DNA of 64,000 bases from an uncultured delta proteobacterium (lineage in GTDB: Bacteria > Desulfobacterota > Syntrophorhabdia > Syntrophorhabdales > WCHB1-27), in contig CAWEPK010000016.1 in the NCBI GenBank assembly GCA_963810935.1, positions 96,001-160,000 on the forward strand, written 5' to 3'. The translations under genes were made by a program, and so were the position numbers. The notes under the pieces were generated by a model. It was not told where the DNA came from. It did no database searches and saw only the letters and a program-made list of their open reading frames with translations. Of the stretch, positions 8,902-20,471 are shown piece by piece; position 1 is the stretch's first letter, and each line of letters begins with the position of its first letter.

Positions 8902-9081
8902 ATGCGGCCGTATATTTCGGAGGAGCTTTGCAAGAAATGCGCGGAGTGCGTAGATTCGTGCCCCTACGAGGTCTTTGCGGACGCTGACGGCGAGGTAACG
9001 GTCAAAAATCCCGAGGACTGCATCGAATGCACGGCATGCGTGGAATCCTGCCCCGAACACGCCATCTCGATGGGTGATTGA
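8902..9081 (+). CDS. 2x[4Fe-4S] ferredoxin
   Basis: Two CxxCxxCxxxCP motifs in 59 aa. Confidence 0.9.
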   Translation: MRPYISEELCKKCAECVDSCPYEVFADADGEVTVKNPEDCIECTACVESCPEHAISMGD

Positions 9082-9615
9082 ATGAGGCGAGTCCTTCTTG
9101 ACGATAAGGCGATAGAGCGGAGCGTCACCAGGATCACCCATGAAATCCTTGAAAAGAACCACGGCTCGAAAGACTTAAGCCTCGTGGGCATCAGGACGAG
9201 AGGCATCTACCTTGCCCACAGGATCAGGCAGAAAATCAAAGAGATCGAGGGAAGGGACCTGCCGGTCGGCGTTCTCGATATAACCATGTACCGGGACGAT
9301 ATCACCAGGCAGAAGGCGACGCTCGCCGTCAAGAAGACGGACATCCCCTTCGACGTTAACAATAAGACCCTTGTCCTCGTCGACGACGTTCTCTACACGG
9401 GACGGACCACGAGGGCGGCGATCGACGCCATTATGGACCTGGGAAGGCCGAAAAAAATACAACTGGCCGTTCTTATCGACCGGGGCTCCAGGGAGCTGCC
9501 TATACAGCCGGATTATACGGGGTTCTCGTGCGGGGCGGCCACGGAAGAAGAGGTCTCGGTGAGGCTTCGCGAAATGGACGGAATGGATGAGGTCCTGCTG
9601 TCGAAAACACCATGA
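9082..9615 (+). CDS. pyrR: PyrR, pyr operon regulator/uracil phosphoribosyltransferase
   Basis: [21 protein letters not shown] loop [22 protein letters not shown]; directly upstream of pyrB. Confidence 0.95.
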   Translation: MRRVLLDDKAIERSVTRITHEILEKNHGSKDLSLVGIRTRGIYLAHRIRQKIKEIEGRDLPVGVLDITMYRDDITRQKATLAVKKTDIPFDVNNKTLVLVDDVLYTGRTTRAAIDAIMDLGRPKKIQLAVLIDRGSRELPIQPDYTGFSCGAATEEEVSVRLREMDGMDEVLLSKTP

Positions 9616-10535
9616 GCTGGTCACGTAAAGACCTTCTTGGCATAAGGGAGCTGTCGCGGGAAGAGATACTGCTGCTTCTCGATACGGCCGATTCCTTCCG
9701 TGAGGTTTCGCGACGGGACATCAAAAAAGTCCCGACGCTCCGCGGCAAGACGGTCATTATGCTTTTCTACGAGCCGAGCACCAGGACGCGGGTCTCCTTC
9801 GAGATCGCGGCCAAGCGCCTCTCTGCAGACACCATCAGCATATCGGCGAGCACCAGCAGCGCAGTTAAGGGAGAGACGCTCAAGGACACGGCGAGGAACC
9901 TGGAGTCGATGCGCCCTGACGCGGTCATTATCCGGCACAGCATGGCCGGAGCTGCGCACATGCTCTCCGGCGTCCTCGGCTCCTCGGTCGTCAACGCAGG
10001 CGACGGCGCCCACGAGCACCCCACCCAGGCGCTCCTCGACCTGTTCACGATGAGAGAAAAGAAGGGGACCCTGAACGGCCTGCGGATAGCGATTATCGGC
10101 GACGTCGCCCACAGCCGGGTGGCCCGCTCGAATATATTCGCCCTTAGCAAGTTCGACACGGAAATTACGTGCTGTGCTCCCCCGACCATGATCCCCCCGG
10201 GGCTCGAAGACCTGGGAGTCCGGGTGGAATACCGCATCGAAGAGGCGGTGGCCGGCAGGGACGTGATCATGATGCTCCGCATCCAGAAGGAAAGGGGGGG
10301 CACCTCCTTTATACCCTCCATAAAGGAATATTCATCCCTTTACTGCCTCAGGGAGTCCCACCTGAAAAAGGCGAAGGACGACGTCATCATCATGCACCCG
10401 GGACCGATCAACAGAGGGGTTGAGATCGGCGACACCGTGGCGGACGGCCCTTACTCGGTCATCCTCAACCAGGTGGAGAACGGTGTGGCCGTCAGGATGG
10501 CGGTCCTCTTCCTGCTCAGCGGAGGTGAGGGTTGA
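9612..10535 (+). CDS. pyrB: Aspartate carbamoyltransferase catalytic subunit
   Basis: [30 protein letters not shown]. Confidence 0.97.
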   Translation: MSWSRKDLLGIRELSREEILLLLDTADSFREVSRRDIKKVPTLRGKTVIMLFYEPSTRTRVSFEIAAKRLSADTISISASTSSAVKGETLKDTARNLESMRPDAVIIRHSMAGAAHMLSGVLGSSVVNAGDGAHEHPTQALLDLFTMREKKGTLNGLRIAIIGDVAHSRVARSNIFALSKFDTEITCCAPPTMIPPGLEDLGVRVEYRIEEAVAGRDVIMMLRIQKERGGTSFIPSIKEYSSLYCLRESHLKKAKDDVIIMHPGPINRGVEIGDTVADGPYSVILNQVENGVAVRMAVLFLLSGGEG

Positions 10536-11815
10536 TCCTCGTCAAGAACGGCAGACTGATAGACCCGTCGAGCGGCCGGGACGAAATCGCCGATATCCTG
10601 ATCGAAGGAGAAACGATAAAGCAGATCGGCAGGAATATCTCCGGCGTTAAGGCCGAGCGCGTAATAGATGCGGCCGGCCTTATTGTAGCGCCGGGCCTGA
10701 TCGACGTGCACACGCATTTGCGGGAGCCGGGCTACGAGTGGAAAGAGACGATAGCCACCGGGACGGCCGCGGCTGCGCGGGGCGGTTTTACATCAGTCGT
10801 CTGCATGGCGAACACGGACCCCGTGAATGACAACAAGAGCGTGACCGAGTACATAATGAAAAAGGCCGGCTCGGAAGGCGCAGTCCGCGTCTTCCCCTGC
10901 GGGGCCATGACGAAAGGGCTCAAAGGCGAGGACCTTGCCGAGATGGGGGAGATGCGCGAGGCCGGCATAGTCGCTGTTTCGGACGACGGGAAGTGGGTGG
11001 GGAATTCCCAGCTCTTCCTGAAAGTCCTTGAATACGCGCGCCTCTTTGACCTGCCCGCTATCTGCCATTGTGAGGACACAAGCTTCAGCGGGGTAGTCCA
11101 CGAGGGGCGCGCCTCGCTCCTTTCCGGCCTGGAAGCGGTCCCGCCGGTAGCCGAGGAGATCGCCGCGCGAAGAGACATCGCCGTAGCGCGGTACGTCGGA
11201 GCGCACGTCCACGTCACGCACATCTCGACCGCCGGGACGGTGGAGATCATGCGGGACGAGAAACGGAAGGCAAAGCCTGCGACCTGCGATACGTGTCCCC
11301 ATTATTTTACGCTAACGGACGCCGCCACTTTGGGCTATGACACGAACACGCGGGTAAACCCGCCCCTGCGCTCACAAGCCGATGTAGAGGCAATCAAGGA
11401 GGGGCTCAAGGACGGGTCCATCGATATCATCGCCACCGACCATGCGCCCCACGATTCCGTCTCGAAGGATGTCGAGTTCGCTATTGCCTCCTCGGGGATT
11501 TCGGGGCTTGAGACAGCTTTGGGCCTGAGCCTCTCCCTCGTTCACGAGGGCGTGCTGGACCTGAAGGCCCTCCTTTCCAAGATGACCTCTAATCCGGCCC
11601 GGCTGCTCGGCCTGCCCTACGGCACGCTGGATGCGGGCAAAACGGCCGACCTTATCGTCTTCTCCGATTCGGCGGAATGGACGGTGGACAGGTCGGCATT
11701 CGTCTCGAAAGGCAGGAACACGCCGTTCCACGGTTGGAAGCTGAAGGGCAGAAACCTTATGACTATGGTGGGCGGAAGGGTCGTGTACAGCGACCTGGAG
11801 CGCAAAGGGAACTAA
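10532..11815 (+). CDS. pyrC: Dihydroorotase
   Basis: [22 protein letters not shown]; overlaps the pyrB stop. Confidence 0.95.
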   Translation: MILVKNGRLIDPSSGRDEIADILIEGETIKQIGRNISGVKAERVIDAAGLIVAPGLIDVHTHLREPGYEWKETIATGTAAAARGGFTSVVCMANTDPVNDNKSVTEYIMKKAGSEGAVRVFPCGAMTKGLKGEDLAEMGEMREAGIVAVSDDGKWVGNSQLFLKVLEYARLFDLPAICHCEDTSFSGVVHEGRASLLSGLEAVPPVAEEIAARRDIAVARYVGAHVHVTHISTAGTVEIMRDEKRKAKPATCDTCPHYFTLTDAATLGYDTNTRVNPPLRSQADVEAIKEGLKDGSIDIIATDHAPHDSVSKDVEFAIASSGISGLETALGLSLSLVHEGVLDLKALLSKMTSNPARLLGLPYGTLDAGKTADLIVFSDSAEWTVDRSAFVSKGRNTPFHGWKLKGRNLMTMVGGRVVYSDLERKGN

Positions 11816-11846
11816 AAAGAGGCCGGACAGGCCCCTCCCGCTTCCG

Positions 11847-12227
11847 TTAGCTTATCGGATCATTATCCAGGGGTTTTGTTTCCCTGCCGAAGCCGTGGTC
11901 CCGGTCATACTGGCGACGCCTGGCCCTGTCTATCCTTACGATGCCCATATAAAAGAAGACCAGAGTGAAAACCAGGAAGAACCTGAAGGGTATCCTTTTC
12001 GGCACGAGTTTCGAGTACGTCGACGGGGCCTTACGGTTAGGGTCGATGGGCTCCGGGCCGTCCGTGCGGACATGGGCGCCTCTTTGCAGGTCTATTGCGA
12101 CGCCGCCGTACAGGTTTTGGAAGATGCTCTTATCCTTTGAATAACCCGAAACGAACGGCAGGACCAAAAGCGGTATGCAGATGCCGATGGCAATGCACAG
12201 TAAGCCGGTTTTCTTTTCTGGGTCCAT
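11847..12227 (-). CDS. Small two-TM hypothetical membrane protein
   Basis: Two hydrophobic segments (GLLCIAIGICIPLLVLPFV and FRFFLVFTLVFFYMGIV); ATG 12227. Confidence 0.6.
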   Translation of the reverse strand: MDPEKKTGLLCIAIGICIPLLVLPFVSGYSKDKSIFQNLYGGVAIDLQRGAHVRTDGPEPIDPNRKAPSTYSKLVPKRIPFRFFLVFTLVFFYMGIVRIDRARRRQYDRDHGFGRETKPLDNDPIS

Positions 12228-12399
12228 ACAGACGACCAATATACCACAAGACCGGCCGCGCACGGTAAAAGTTTTCTTCGCCGGTGCCGGGCAAGGGGCC
12301 GGATTCGCTTGAGCCGCAACAGAAAAATTCGTATGGCGCAATACGACCCACTTATGCTATATTTCTCTAAGTTAATTCATTACAAGGAGCATGGTCGTC

Positions 12400-13125
12400 A
12401 TGGATTGGGGCTCGATATGCAACGTATCCTTTACTACGGATTTCTGGTTAGCCCTTGCCAGCATAATCGTCATCAACATCATTCTGTCAGGCGACAACGC
12501 AGTAGTGATCGCACTGGCCGTGCGCTCTCTCAAAGGCAAACAGAGGCTCCAGGGCATCATACTGGGCACCGGCATGGCCGTGGTGCTCCGCATCATTCTC
12601 ACGTTCTTCTGCGCAAAACTCCTTGAGATAAACTTCCTCAAGTTCCTGGGCGGGTGGCTGATTGCCTGGATCGCGGTGAAGCTTTTTATCGAAGGCACAG
12701 GCGACGACGGGAACCACAAAGAAGTCCATACTCTAGGCAAAGCGGTCGTGACTATACTGGTCGCGGACCTCGTCATGAGCACCGACAACGTGCTGGCTGT
12801 GGCCGGCGCCTGCAAGGGCAACGTGGCGTTGCTGCTTATCGGTCTCGGGACCAGCATCCCGCTTGTCGTATTCGCGAGCGATATACTCTCGCGCCTCATG
12901 GACAAGTACCCCATCATCGTCACGATCGGCGCTGCCGTCCTGGGCAGGGTGGCGGGCGACATGATAGTGGGTGACGCCTTCATAGAGAACACCTTTCACC
13001 CGAGCATCTGGACCAGCTATGCCGTGCAGGCCGTATTCACCGTCGGCGTTATAGTAGTCGGAAAGCTTTGGTTGAAGAGGAAGGCGGCGAAGCTCGGGCG
13101 AGACGCGGACTTGAAAATGGAATAG
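12400..13125 (+). CDS. TerC family (YjbE-like) metal homeostasis membrane protein
   Basis: LSGDNAVVIA and DLVMSTDNVLAVAG motifs; SD AAGGAG at 12384. Confidence 0.92.
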   Translation: MDWGSICNVSFTTDFWLALASIIVINIILSGDNAVVIALAVRSLKGKQRLQGIILGTGMAVVLRIILTFFCAKLLEINFLKFLGGWLIAWIAVKLFIEGTGDDGNHKEVHTLGKAVVTILVADLVMSTDNVLAVAGACKGNVALLLIGLGTSIPLVVFASDILSRLMDKYPIIVTIGAAVLGRVAGDMIVGDAFIENTFHPSIWTSYAVQAVFTVGVIVVGKLWLKRKAAKLGRDADLKME

Positions 13126-13212
13126 GGCGCCCTGGGCCTTCGCTCCTGCGGTGAGCCCGTGCCCCGAAAGTCCGTGCGTTGCGCTGCGATGCAGTCCAAA
13201 TACAATGGAGCC

Positions 13213-13241
13213 TTGACAAAAAGCGCTCCCCACGTTATCAT
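13213..13241 (+). promoter_or_regulatory. Sigma70 promoter of secDF
   Basis: TTGACA-N17-TATCAT about 50 bp upstream of secD. Confidence 0.7.
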
Positions 13242-13292
13242 TTTTTGGGGTTTTCGCAATACCGGAGTCACTAAAGCAAATGAGGTCTCTAA

Positions 13293-14885
13293 GTGCTTAA
13301 GTCATTGAAGCTCAGGGCCGTTCTCATACTCGTGTTCCTCTTTATATCGGTCGTCTACCTCGTGCCTAACGTGGTAAATCTGGAAGGCGCGTGGAAGAAA
13401 TATTTCCCGTCTGAAAAGATACACTTGGGCCTCGACCTCAAGGGAGGCATGCACCTCCTCCTTTCGCTCGACACGAACCGGCTGCTGGATAATATGCTCG
13501 ACAGGAAGTTCAATCAGTTGAAAGAGGGGATGATCCGCGAAGGCATAAGGTTCATAGCCCTGGACAAACGGGCGGACAGGATCGACGTCGTCATAAAGAC
13601 CGAGCAGCGTGAGAAGCTCTATAACCTGCTGGGAAAAGAGATGCCCGACATAAAGGTGACCGGCAGCAAGACGGAAGGCGACAACCTCTCGATCGACCTT
13701 TCCTATTCGGAAAAAGAAGTGGCCAATTTGAAGGACAACGCCGTACACCAGGCGCTGGAGACGATCAGGAACAGGATCGACCAGTTCGGCGTCTCCGAGC
13801 CGGTCATAGTACAGCAGGGGGAGACCAACATACTCGTTCAGCTCCCCGGCATCAAAGACCCCGAAAGGGCGCTGGAGCTGATAGGCAAGACCGCCCAGCT
13901 CGAGTTCAAGCTCGTTGACGAGGAGAACACGTCGAGGGCCGAGTCGGGTCCCGTCCCCGAAGGCGACGAGCGCCTGATGATGAAATCGAGGAACAAGGAA
14001 ACGGGCGTGACCACTACCACCCCGATACTCCTCAAGAAGCAGACCCTGCTTACCGGCGATATGCTGACCGATGCAAGAGTGAGGATAGGGGGCGAGTTCC
14101 GCAACGAGCCGTACGTCGCCCTCGAGTTCAACAGCGAAGGTTCCAGGATATTCGAGAGGGTCACCGGCGAGAACGTGGGCAAGCGCATAGCGATCATCCT
14201 CGACAACACGGTCTATTCCGCACCGGTTGTCAGGGAGAGGATATCGGGCGGCAAGGCGTCGGTCACCGGCGGCTTCACTCCCGACGAGGCAAAGGACCTG
14301 GCCATAGTCCTCCGGGCGGGTGCGCTGCCGGCCCCCGTCAGCGTGATACAGAACATCACCATCGGGCCGACGCTCGGGCAGGACTCGATCAGGAAAGGCG
14401 TGCAGGCAGCCGCACTGGGCGGCCTCCTCGTCATCGTCTTCATGGTCTATTACTACCGGGCTTCAGGCATAGTGGCCGACATAGCGCTCTTCCTGAACCT
14501 GGTATACCTTCTCGGCGCGTTTACGGCCATGCGGGCCACAATGACCCTGCCGGGCATAGCGGGCATCATCCTTACGATAGGCATGGGCGTCGATACGAAC
14601 GTGCTGATCTTCGAGCGCATACGGGAGGAGCTGCGCCTCGGGAAGACGGTGCGCGCCGCCGTAGACGGCGGTTACTCGAAGGCGTGGGTGACCATCTTCG
14701 ACGCGCATATCACCACCCTGATCACCACGTTCATTCTTTTCATATTCGGCACGGGCCCCATAAAGGGCTTTGCAGTTACCCTCGCCATCGGCATCATCAT
14801 CAATCTTTTCACGGCCGTATTCGGCTCGAAAACCATTTTCGACTGGATACTGGCGAGGTATAAACCGAGGAGCCTGAGCATCTGA
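13293..14885 (+). CDS. secD: Protein translocase subunit SecD
   Basis: LGLDLKGG, RIDQFGVSEP, LRAGALPAP, GMGVDTNVLIFERI. Confidence 0.97.
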   Translation: MLKSLKLRAVLILVFLFISVVYLVPNVVNLEGAWKKYFPSEKIHLGLDLKGGMHLLLSLDTNRLLDNMLDRKFNQLKEGMIREGIRFIALDKRADRIDVVIKTEQREKLYNLLGKEMPDIKVTGSKTEGDNLSIDLSYSEKEVANLKDNAVHQALETIRNRIDQFGVSEPVIVQQGETNILVQLPGIKDPERALELIGKTAQLEFKLVDEENTSRAESGPVPEGDERLMMKSRNKETGVTTTTPILLKKQTLLTGDMLTDARVRIGGEFRNEPYVALEFNSEGSRIFERVTGENVGKRIAIILDNTVYSAPVVRERISGGKASVTGGFTPDEAKDLAIVLRAGALPAPVSVIQNITIGPTLGQDSIRKGVQAAALGGLLVIVFMVYYYRASGIVADIALFLNLVYLLGAFTAMRATMTLPGIAGIILTIGMGVDTNVLIFERIREELRLGKTVRAAVDGGYSKAWVTIFDAHITTLITTFILFIFGTGPIKGFAVTLAIGIIINLFTAVFGSKTIFDWILARYKPRSLSI

Positions 14886-15787
14886 TGAAATTTCGAGAGA
14901 TCACGAAAAAGACGAATATAGATTTCATAGGCTTCAGAAACAAGATGTTCATACTTTCGGCTGTTCTGGTCGGCCTGGGCCTGTTCGCGTTCGTCATGAC
15001 AGCAGTCGGCAAAGCGAACCTGAGCGTAGATTTTACGGGTGGGACGGAGCTTCAGATACGGTTCGACCAGCCTACCTCGATCGCGACGTTGCGGAACGCC
15101 CTTGCGAGCGGCGGCGAGGACGTCCAGATACAGGAAGTGGCGGGCAAGAACGACTTCTTCCTGAAAACGAAGCTGATGAACACCGGCACCGAGAAGGTCC
15201 AGGACCGGATATCGGCCATTATCTCGAAGGCCCTCCCCGGCAAGGGTTTCCAGGTGCTCGGCAGCAATATGGTCGGTTCCAGCGTGGGCAAGACCCTGAA
15301 GCAGCACGCCATCATTGCCATAGCCCTCTCCCTCCTCGGGATCGTCATCTATATAGCATGGAGGTTCAATTTCGTTTTCGGCGTCGCCGCGACGATAGCC
15401 ACCTTCCACGACGTGCTGGCCCTCCTCGGCATTTTCTACCTGCTCAATTTCGAGATGAACATCCTCTTCATCACGGCCCTCCTCACGATAGCGGGCTATT
15501 CCCTGACCGACACGGTAGTCGTCTTCGACAGGATCAGGGAGAACATGGCAAAAATGAAGTCGAAATCGGATTTCGGCCACGTCATCAACAATAGCATCAA
15601 TGAGGTATTGAGCAGGACATTGATCACCTCCCTTACTGTCCTGCTGGTCATAGCGGCGCTTCTCTTCCTGGGCGGCCATGTGCTGTTCGATTTCTCGTTT
15701 GCCTTGTTTATCGGTGTGATGGTGGGAACGTATTCGTCCATTTTTGTGGCGAGCCCGTTGATCTATTTGTGGAGGACCAGGAGCTGA
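14885..15787 (+). CDS. secF: Protein translocase subunit SecF
   Basis: VDFTGG, HD, GYSLTDTVVVFDRIRE, GTYSSIFVA. Confidence 0.97.
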   Translation: MKFREITKKTNIDFIGFRNKMFILSAVLVGLGLFAFVMTAVGKANLSVDFTGGTELQIRFDQPTSIATLRNALASGGEDVQIQEVAGKNDFFLKTKLMNTGTEKVQDRISAIISKALPGKGFQVLGSNMVGSSVGKTLKQHAIIAIALSLLGIVIYIAWRFNFVFGVAATIATFHDVLALLGIFYLLNFEMNILFITALLTIAGYSLTDTVVVFDRIRENMAKMKSKSDFGHVINNSINEVLSRTLITSLTVLLVIAALLFLGGHVLFDFSFALFIGVMVGTYSSIFVASPLIYLWRTRS

Positions 15788-15888
15788 CGTACCCTTCGGT
15801 TACTTCGCGCAGGTTCGTGCCTCCCTTCATCCTTGCCGGGCGGCCCCGCCCGGCCAAGCCGGACGTACCGGCAAGAGACTTTGCCTGA

Positions 15889-18147
15889 ATGCAATCTAAG
15901 CTTGAAGACGTATTGAAGGAAAAAGAGAGGGAGCTGAGGCTCTACGAGAAGTTTCTGACCCTCGCCCGTTTCTGCGAGGAAGAGGTCTTCCCGTCGGCAC
16001 AGGTCCCGCTTGCGACCCACGTCGAGGCGCTGAAGGGTTTCATTGAAAAGCTCATCCCCGAGCCGAAGGACCGTCGGGAAGAGATGTTTTCCGGGGAGGT
16101 TTTCATCCTCCTCTGCATGCTTTACCTGCACGACACCGGGGCGGCCTCGGGATATGCCTTCAGCCGGAGCCCGGAGATCGTCAATACGCTCGACCCTCTC
16201 CAGAAGACGTTTTTTCTCAACAACGAGATAGCCGCCCGACTTGAAATGCCCGAGGGGTCCATCGAGCTGATAAATGGGCTGATCTTCTCGATAAAGAAGA
16301 TCCCCATAGAATGGGAGATAGCGGAAGGGCCGAAAAAGGCGATTATTCGCAACGTCCCTATGCTGGGCGGCATTTTCGATTTCGCCCACCTGATGTGGGA
16401 CGTCTTTTCCGACGATGCATGCCACGCGGTCCTGAACAGGGCGCGCAACCCCGGCTTGCGCCCGGGATGCGGGAAGGCGCTGCTTGCCGTTGACAGCAAG
16501 GAAGGGGCGATCTCGGTCTCGTGCGCTCCAGCGTTTCCCTATCAGGCGCACATGTTGGAGCGCATCAGGGAACACGTCGATACGCATTTTGCACGCTTCA
16601 AGGAGGCGGTTAACGGCAGGCTCGGGTTCCAGTACAGGCAAATCCTGTGGGACACCGAACAGCGGCAGGAGGAGGACCACCCCGATTCCGCGGGCCGTTT
16701 CCCTTTCACGGAGCTGGAGGGTCTTCCCTATGTCCGCTGGGGGGAGGCGTCGAGGCTCCTCGACGTACTTTTCAGCCACGGCTGCGCGATCGTTGTAGGC
16801 GATGCGACCACAGGTAAGACGACGATGCTCAACTCCTTCGTGGCGCCGCAGCTCCGCCGCATCTCCCCCAACGTCTTTTACGCGGAGATATGGGACCACC
16901 CGGTCCACGATATAAGAGAGGCCATAGGGAACGTCCATAGCACGGTCGCCGGAGACGCCGTAGATATAATATCGACGTGCAGAAAGCTTATCGTGCAAGG
17001 CGGGGGGCCGTGCTTCTTCATCCTCGACGGATGCGAGCGGTTGAAGGACCTGGAGGCGGATGAGGCGGAGAAGCTTGAAAGGTTTGTCAGGTTCTGCCTG
17101 GAAAACGAGAACGCGTATCTCATAGCAATTGGCGACAAAGAGGACTTCCTCGACTGGCACCGGCCGTTCGCGGAAATGAGCATGTCGGCTATCTTCGAGA
17201 TGAGCCCTATCGTCCGCCCGGAGGCCGAGCTGGCCGCCATGCCTCCCACAGGCGCCGTCCCGCTGGAGATCGTAGACGACAAGGTGGCCGAGGTGATCGA
17301 GCGGCTTGGCGGCGCCGGGGACCTGCCGGAAGTAGTCTCGGTCCTCGCGGGCAACGGCGAGAAGACGCTAAAGCGCTACTCAGAGGAAGAAATATGCTTC
17401 GAGACGCGGGTGCCGCGCAAGCGAGTCCTTAACTGCCTTGAGCTGCTTCAGGAGAAAGGGATCGTCCGCAGGCAGGAAGTCCTGAAGACCGTTTTCTGGA
17501 CGCTTTCAAGCCGCCATTTGAAAGAGCCCCTGCATCGCCGCCTGGGTCTCGACGCCTTCGACTGCAAAAGGCGCCTGCGGGACGCGCTGCGCGAGGCCGC
17601 CGGGGAGTCACGCTTCCTCGATCCGGGCGTCCTCGACACGGTCGAAGACCTTATGGACGGCATGAATTTTACCAAGAGGGAGATGGGGCTGATACTCGCG
17701 AGCATGGTCTACCACGGGAGGGACTGGGTGCGAGGCATCGAAAGGGCCGGGAAGGGCGGTCACGGGTTCGACGGCCAGTTTGCCCTGTTGCTTCTCAACC
17801 ACGACTCGGACCGGATGCGTGAGGCGGCGCTCAGGCTGCTCGCAAAGGCGAAGGACGACGCCCTCATCAACCCGCTGCTCGCCCACCTCAGGAAGGAGAA
17901 ATCGGCCGAGCTGCGCAGGCTCCTTGTCAGGGGTTTCGTCGAGACGGGCAAGAGGAGAAGCATCGTGGCGCTCATGGCCGCCCTCTCCGAGGTGGACGAC
18001 CGGGATGCCAAAGCTTACACCGTCGATTATATCTGCGGACTTCCTCCGAGGACCGCCAGAGACCTGCTCATAGAGATCGCCGACGCAGAGAAGGACCCGG
18101 AGATGATCGACGCGATAGACGGCCGTCTCTCTAGACTCGAGGAATAA
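15889..18147 (+). CDS. Multidomain protein: HD-like N-terminus, STAND-like P-loop NTPase, wHTH, HEAT repeats
   Basis: [15 protein letters not shown], Walker [10 protein letters not shown], Walker [12 protein letters not shown]-like segment, C-terminal HEAT-like helices ([18 protein letters not shown]). Confidence 0.7.
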   Translation: MQSKLEDVLKEKERELRLYEKFLTLARFCEEEVFPSAQVPLATHVEALKGFIEKLIPEPKDRREEMFSGEVFILLCMLYLHDTGAASGYAFSRSPEIVNTLDPLQKTFFLNNEIAARLEMPEGSIELINGLIFSIKKIPIEWEIAEGPKKAIIRNVPMLGGIFDFAHLMWDVFSDDACHAVLNRARNPGLRPGCGKALLAVDSKEGAISVSCAPAFPYQAHMLERIREHVDTHFARFKEAVNGRLGFQYRQILWDTEQRQEEDHPDSAGRFPFTELEGLPYVRWGEASRLLDVLFSHGCAIVVGDATTGKTTMLNSFVAPQLRRISPNVFYAEIWDHPVHDIREAIGNVHSTVAGDAVDIISTCRKLIVQGGGPCFFILDGCERLKDLEADEAEKLERFVRFCLENENAYLIAIGDKEDFLDWHRPFAEMSMSAIFEMSPIVRPEAELAAMPPTGAVPLEIVDDKVAEVIERLGGAGDLPEVVSVLAGNGEKTLKRYSEEEICFETRVPRKRVLNCLELLQEKGIVRRQEVLKTVFWTLSSRHLKEPLHRRLGLDAFDCKRRLRDALREAAGESRFLDPGVLDTVEDLMDGMNFTKREMGLILASMVYHGRDWVRGIERAGKGGHGFDGQFALLLLNHDSDRMREAALRLLAKAKDDALINPLLAHLRKEKSAELRRLLVRGFVETGKRRSIVALMAALSEVDDRDAKAYTVDYICGLPPRTARDLLIEIADAEKDPEMIDAIDGRLSRLEE

Positions 18148-19405
18148 CCTCCATACCGTGCATATACGGCCGCAGGACTTCGGGGACGGCTATCCTGCCG
18201 TCGGGAAGCTGGTAGTTCTCCATCACCGCCATGACAGTGCGGCCGATGGCGAGCCCCGAGCCGTTCAGGGTGTGGACCATCTCCGTCTTCCCCGTCTCCG
18301 TCTTGTACCTGATTTTTGCCCTTCTCGCCTGGAAATCGACGAAATTACTGCACGACGATATCTCCCTGTAAATGTCCTGGCCCGGCAGCCATACCTCGAT
18401 GTCGTATGTCTTCGCCGATGAAAAGCCGAGGTCACCCGTGGAAAGAAGGGAGACGCGGTAATGGATATTCAACCTTTTGAGGACGTCTTCAGCATCTAAT
18501 AACAGGCTCTCGAGGTCCGCAAAGGAGTCCCGGGGCAGGCTGAATTTGACAAGCTCCACCTTGTTGAACTGGTGCTGTCTGGTCAGGCCCCTCGTGTCTT
18601 TGCCGTGCGCCCCGGCCTCTTTCCTGAAGCAGGGCGTATAGGCTACATACTTGACCGGCAGGTCCGCCTCCTTGAGAATCTCGTCCCTGAAGATATTAGT
18701 CACAGGCACTTCGGCCGTGGGGATAAGGAAATAGTCCGGATCGGAGAGCTTGAAGAGCTCCTCCTCGAACTTGGGAAGCTGCCCGGTAGCGGTCATGCTC
18801 TCCCTGTTGACCATGAACGGTGGAAGGACTTCCATATAGCCGTGCTCGCGCACATGGAGGTCGAGCATGAAGTTGATGAGGGCCCGCTCCAAAAGCGCGC
18901 CTCCGGATTTGTAAAGCGTGAACCTCGACCCCGTTATCTTGGCCGCCCTCTTGAAATCGAGTATCCCGAGCGCCTCGCCTAAGTCCCAATGGGCCGCAGG
19001 CGTAAAGTCCAGGGCCGGTTTGGCGCCCCAGACCTTGACTACCTTGTTGTCTTCCTCGCCCGCCCCTACCGGCACCGATTCATCCGGGATGTTCGGTATT
19101 TCCAGGCTCAGCGCCTCCCATTCCGCCTCGACGGATTTCAACTCCTGCTCGCGGACCTCCATCTGCTTGCCCAGCTCGCGCAGCCGCTCGATTTTGTCTT
19201 TCCCATCGGCCCCGCTTTTGCGCAGGCGCGCTATCTCGTCGGAAGTGGCGTTCCGGTCGCTTCGCATCGCCTCGACTTCTTTTATGAGGGTCCTCCTTTT
19301 CTCGTCCAGGCCGATCAGCCTGTCCAGGTCGAAAGAGGCCCCCCGTTTCTTGAGGCTTTCCTTTACTATCTCAGGTCTTTCCCTTATCAGTTTCGGGTCG
19401 AGCAT
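18131..19405 (-). CDS. serS: Serine-tRNA ligase
   Basis: N-terminal coiled coil, [40 protein letters not shown]. Confidence 0.98.
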   Translation of the reverse strand: MLDPKLIRERPEIVKESLKKRGASFDLDRLIGLDEKRRTLIKEVEAMRSDRNATSDEIARLRKSGADGKDKIERLRELGKQMEVREQELKSVEAEWEALSLEIPNIPDESVPVGAGEEDNKVVKVWGAKPALDFTPAAHWDLGEALGILDFKRAAKITGSRFTLYKSGGALLERALINFMLDLHVREHGYMEVLPPFMVNRESMTATGQLPKFEEELFKLSDPDYFLIPTAEVPVTNIFRDEILKEADLPVKYVAYTPCFRKEAGAHGKDTRGLTRQHQFNKVELVKFSLPRDSFADLESLLLDAEDVLKRLNIHYRVSLLSTGDLGFSSAKTYDIEVWLPGQDIYREISSCSNFVDFQARRAKIRYKTETGKTEMVHTLNGSGLAIGRTVMAVMENYQLPDGRIAVPEVLRPYMHGMEVIPRV

Positions 19406-19921
19406 CTAATCCTCCAGCAGTTCCTTGTTGAATTCCAGCGGCTCAAGCAGATACAGAAGGCCGTTTCTCGTATATACGGGCGCCCCGTCCACAAGTAACT
19501 GTACGCGGTTTGCAAGCGGGAAGCTCGCCAGGAATGAGTTGACTATGCTGTATACTACCGTGACCTCTCTTGCCGGTGTCCCGGGGTCGATGAAATCCTT
19601 CGACACGTTTAAGTATAATATACCGTCCTCGCCCACGGCCATCTCGTAAAGCCTGAGCCTGTCGGGTATGGAGCGCCCCTCTTTCAGCTCCCTGAAGAGC
19701 GTTTCCGCCCTTGCTTTGTCGGTTAGCTGCTTTTGTACCTCCACTACCCTTTTTGCCAGCTTTCCCTGGGTGCCCGGGACGAAGATAACGGCAGTGGCGC
19801 CTGCCTTGCTCGCGGGGCCGGATGCGATTTTAGCGGGCCGGCCGTAAAGGAGGCAGACGATGATTATCGCAACCAGGCCAAGAGCAACGTAAACGGGTAA
19901 CGTGAGCTTAAGCTTGCCCAT
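19406..19921 (-). CDS. GerMN domain protein
   Basis: N-terminal TM; YLNVS, VYSIVNSF and VQLLVDG segments typical of GerMN. Confidence 0.7.
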   Translation of the reverse strand: MGKLKLTLPVYVALGLVAIIIVCLLYGRPAKIASGPASKAGATAVIFVPGTQGKLAKRVVEVQKQLTDKARAETLFRELKEGRSIPDRLRLYEMAVGEDGILYLNVSKDFIDPGTPAREVTVVYSIVNSFLASFPLANRVQLLVDGAPVYTRNGLLYLLEPLEFNKELLED

Positions 19922-20471
19922 TGTTCAGCATGCCGAGGAATTGTTCCCCCGTCGCTACGGCGAACAGGGGGTATAGGACCGATTTCCTGTAGGCGTCCAC
20001 GAAATGGGTATGTATTTCGAGACTGAACGCGGCGCTCATGTCTTCGAGGATGATAGTGCGGAAATCGTGGCAGATTGCGTCTATGGCGCTGGCTATGACG
20101 CAAAAATGCGTGTTGATCCCGCCTATCGCCACCGTATCCACCCCCATCGTCCGCAGCGTCTGGTCGAGGTCCGTCTTGAAAAAGGCGCTGAACCTCCTTT
20201 TCGGCAGCATGATGTCCGACTGCTCCGGTTCGAGCAGGGGCGTGACCTGCGCCCCGCTCGTCCCCCTAAGTGCTTGCGGCTTCATCCTGCCCTTGAATAT
20301 GAAATCGCCCTCAAGGAAGCTGTCGCAGGCAAAAATCACGGGGACCGAGGAGGCCCTGCAGCGTTTGAGGAAGCCCCGGACGGACGGCACTATGGCGGAA
20401 ATGGGCGCCGGGACCTTCTCTTGTTCGTACGTATCGTTCAACATATCAATAATGATTACGGCAGGTTTCAT
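19908..20471 (-). CDS. Isochorismatase-family cysteine hydrolase
   Basis: IIDMLND, KRRFSAFF, GINTHFCV (Asp/Lys/Cys triad). Confidence 0.9.
   Translation of the reverse strand: MKPAVIIIDMLNDTYEQEKVPAPISAIVPSVRGFLKRCRASSVPVIFACDSFLEGDFIFKGRMKPQALRGTSGAQVTPLLEPEQSDIMLPKRRFSAFFKTDLDQTLRTMGVDTVAIGGINTHFCVIASAIDAICHDFRTIILEDMSAAFSLEIHTHFVDAYRKSVLYPLFAVATGEQFLGMLNNGQA

Noticed and set aside
12240..12399. yybP-ykoY (Mn) riboswitch upstream of TerC
   Set aside because: Expected from the gene family, but I could not find its conserved core sequence.
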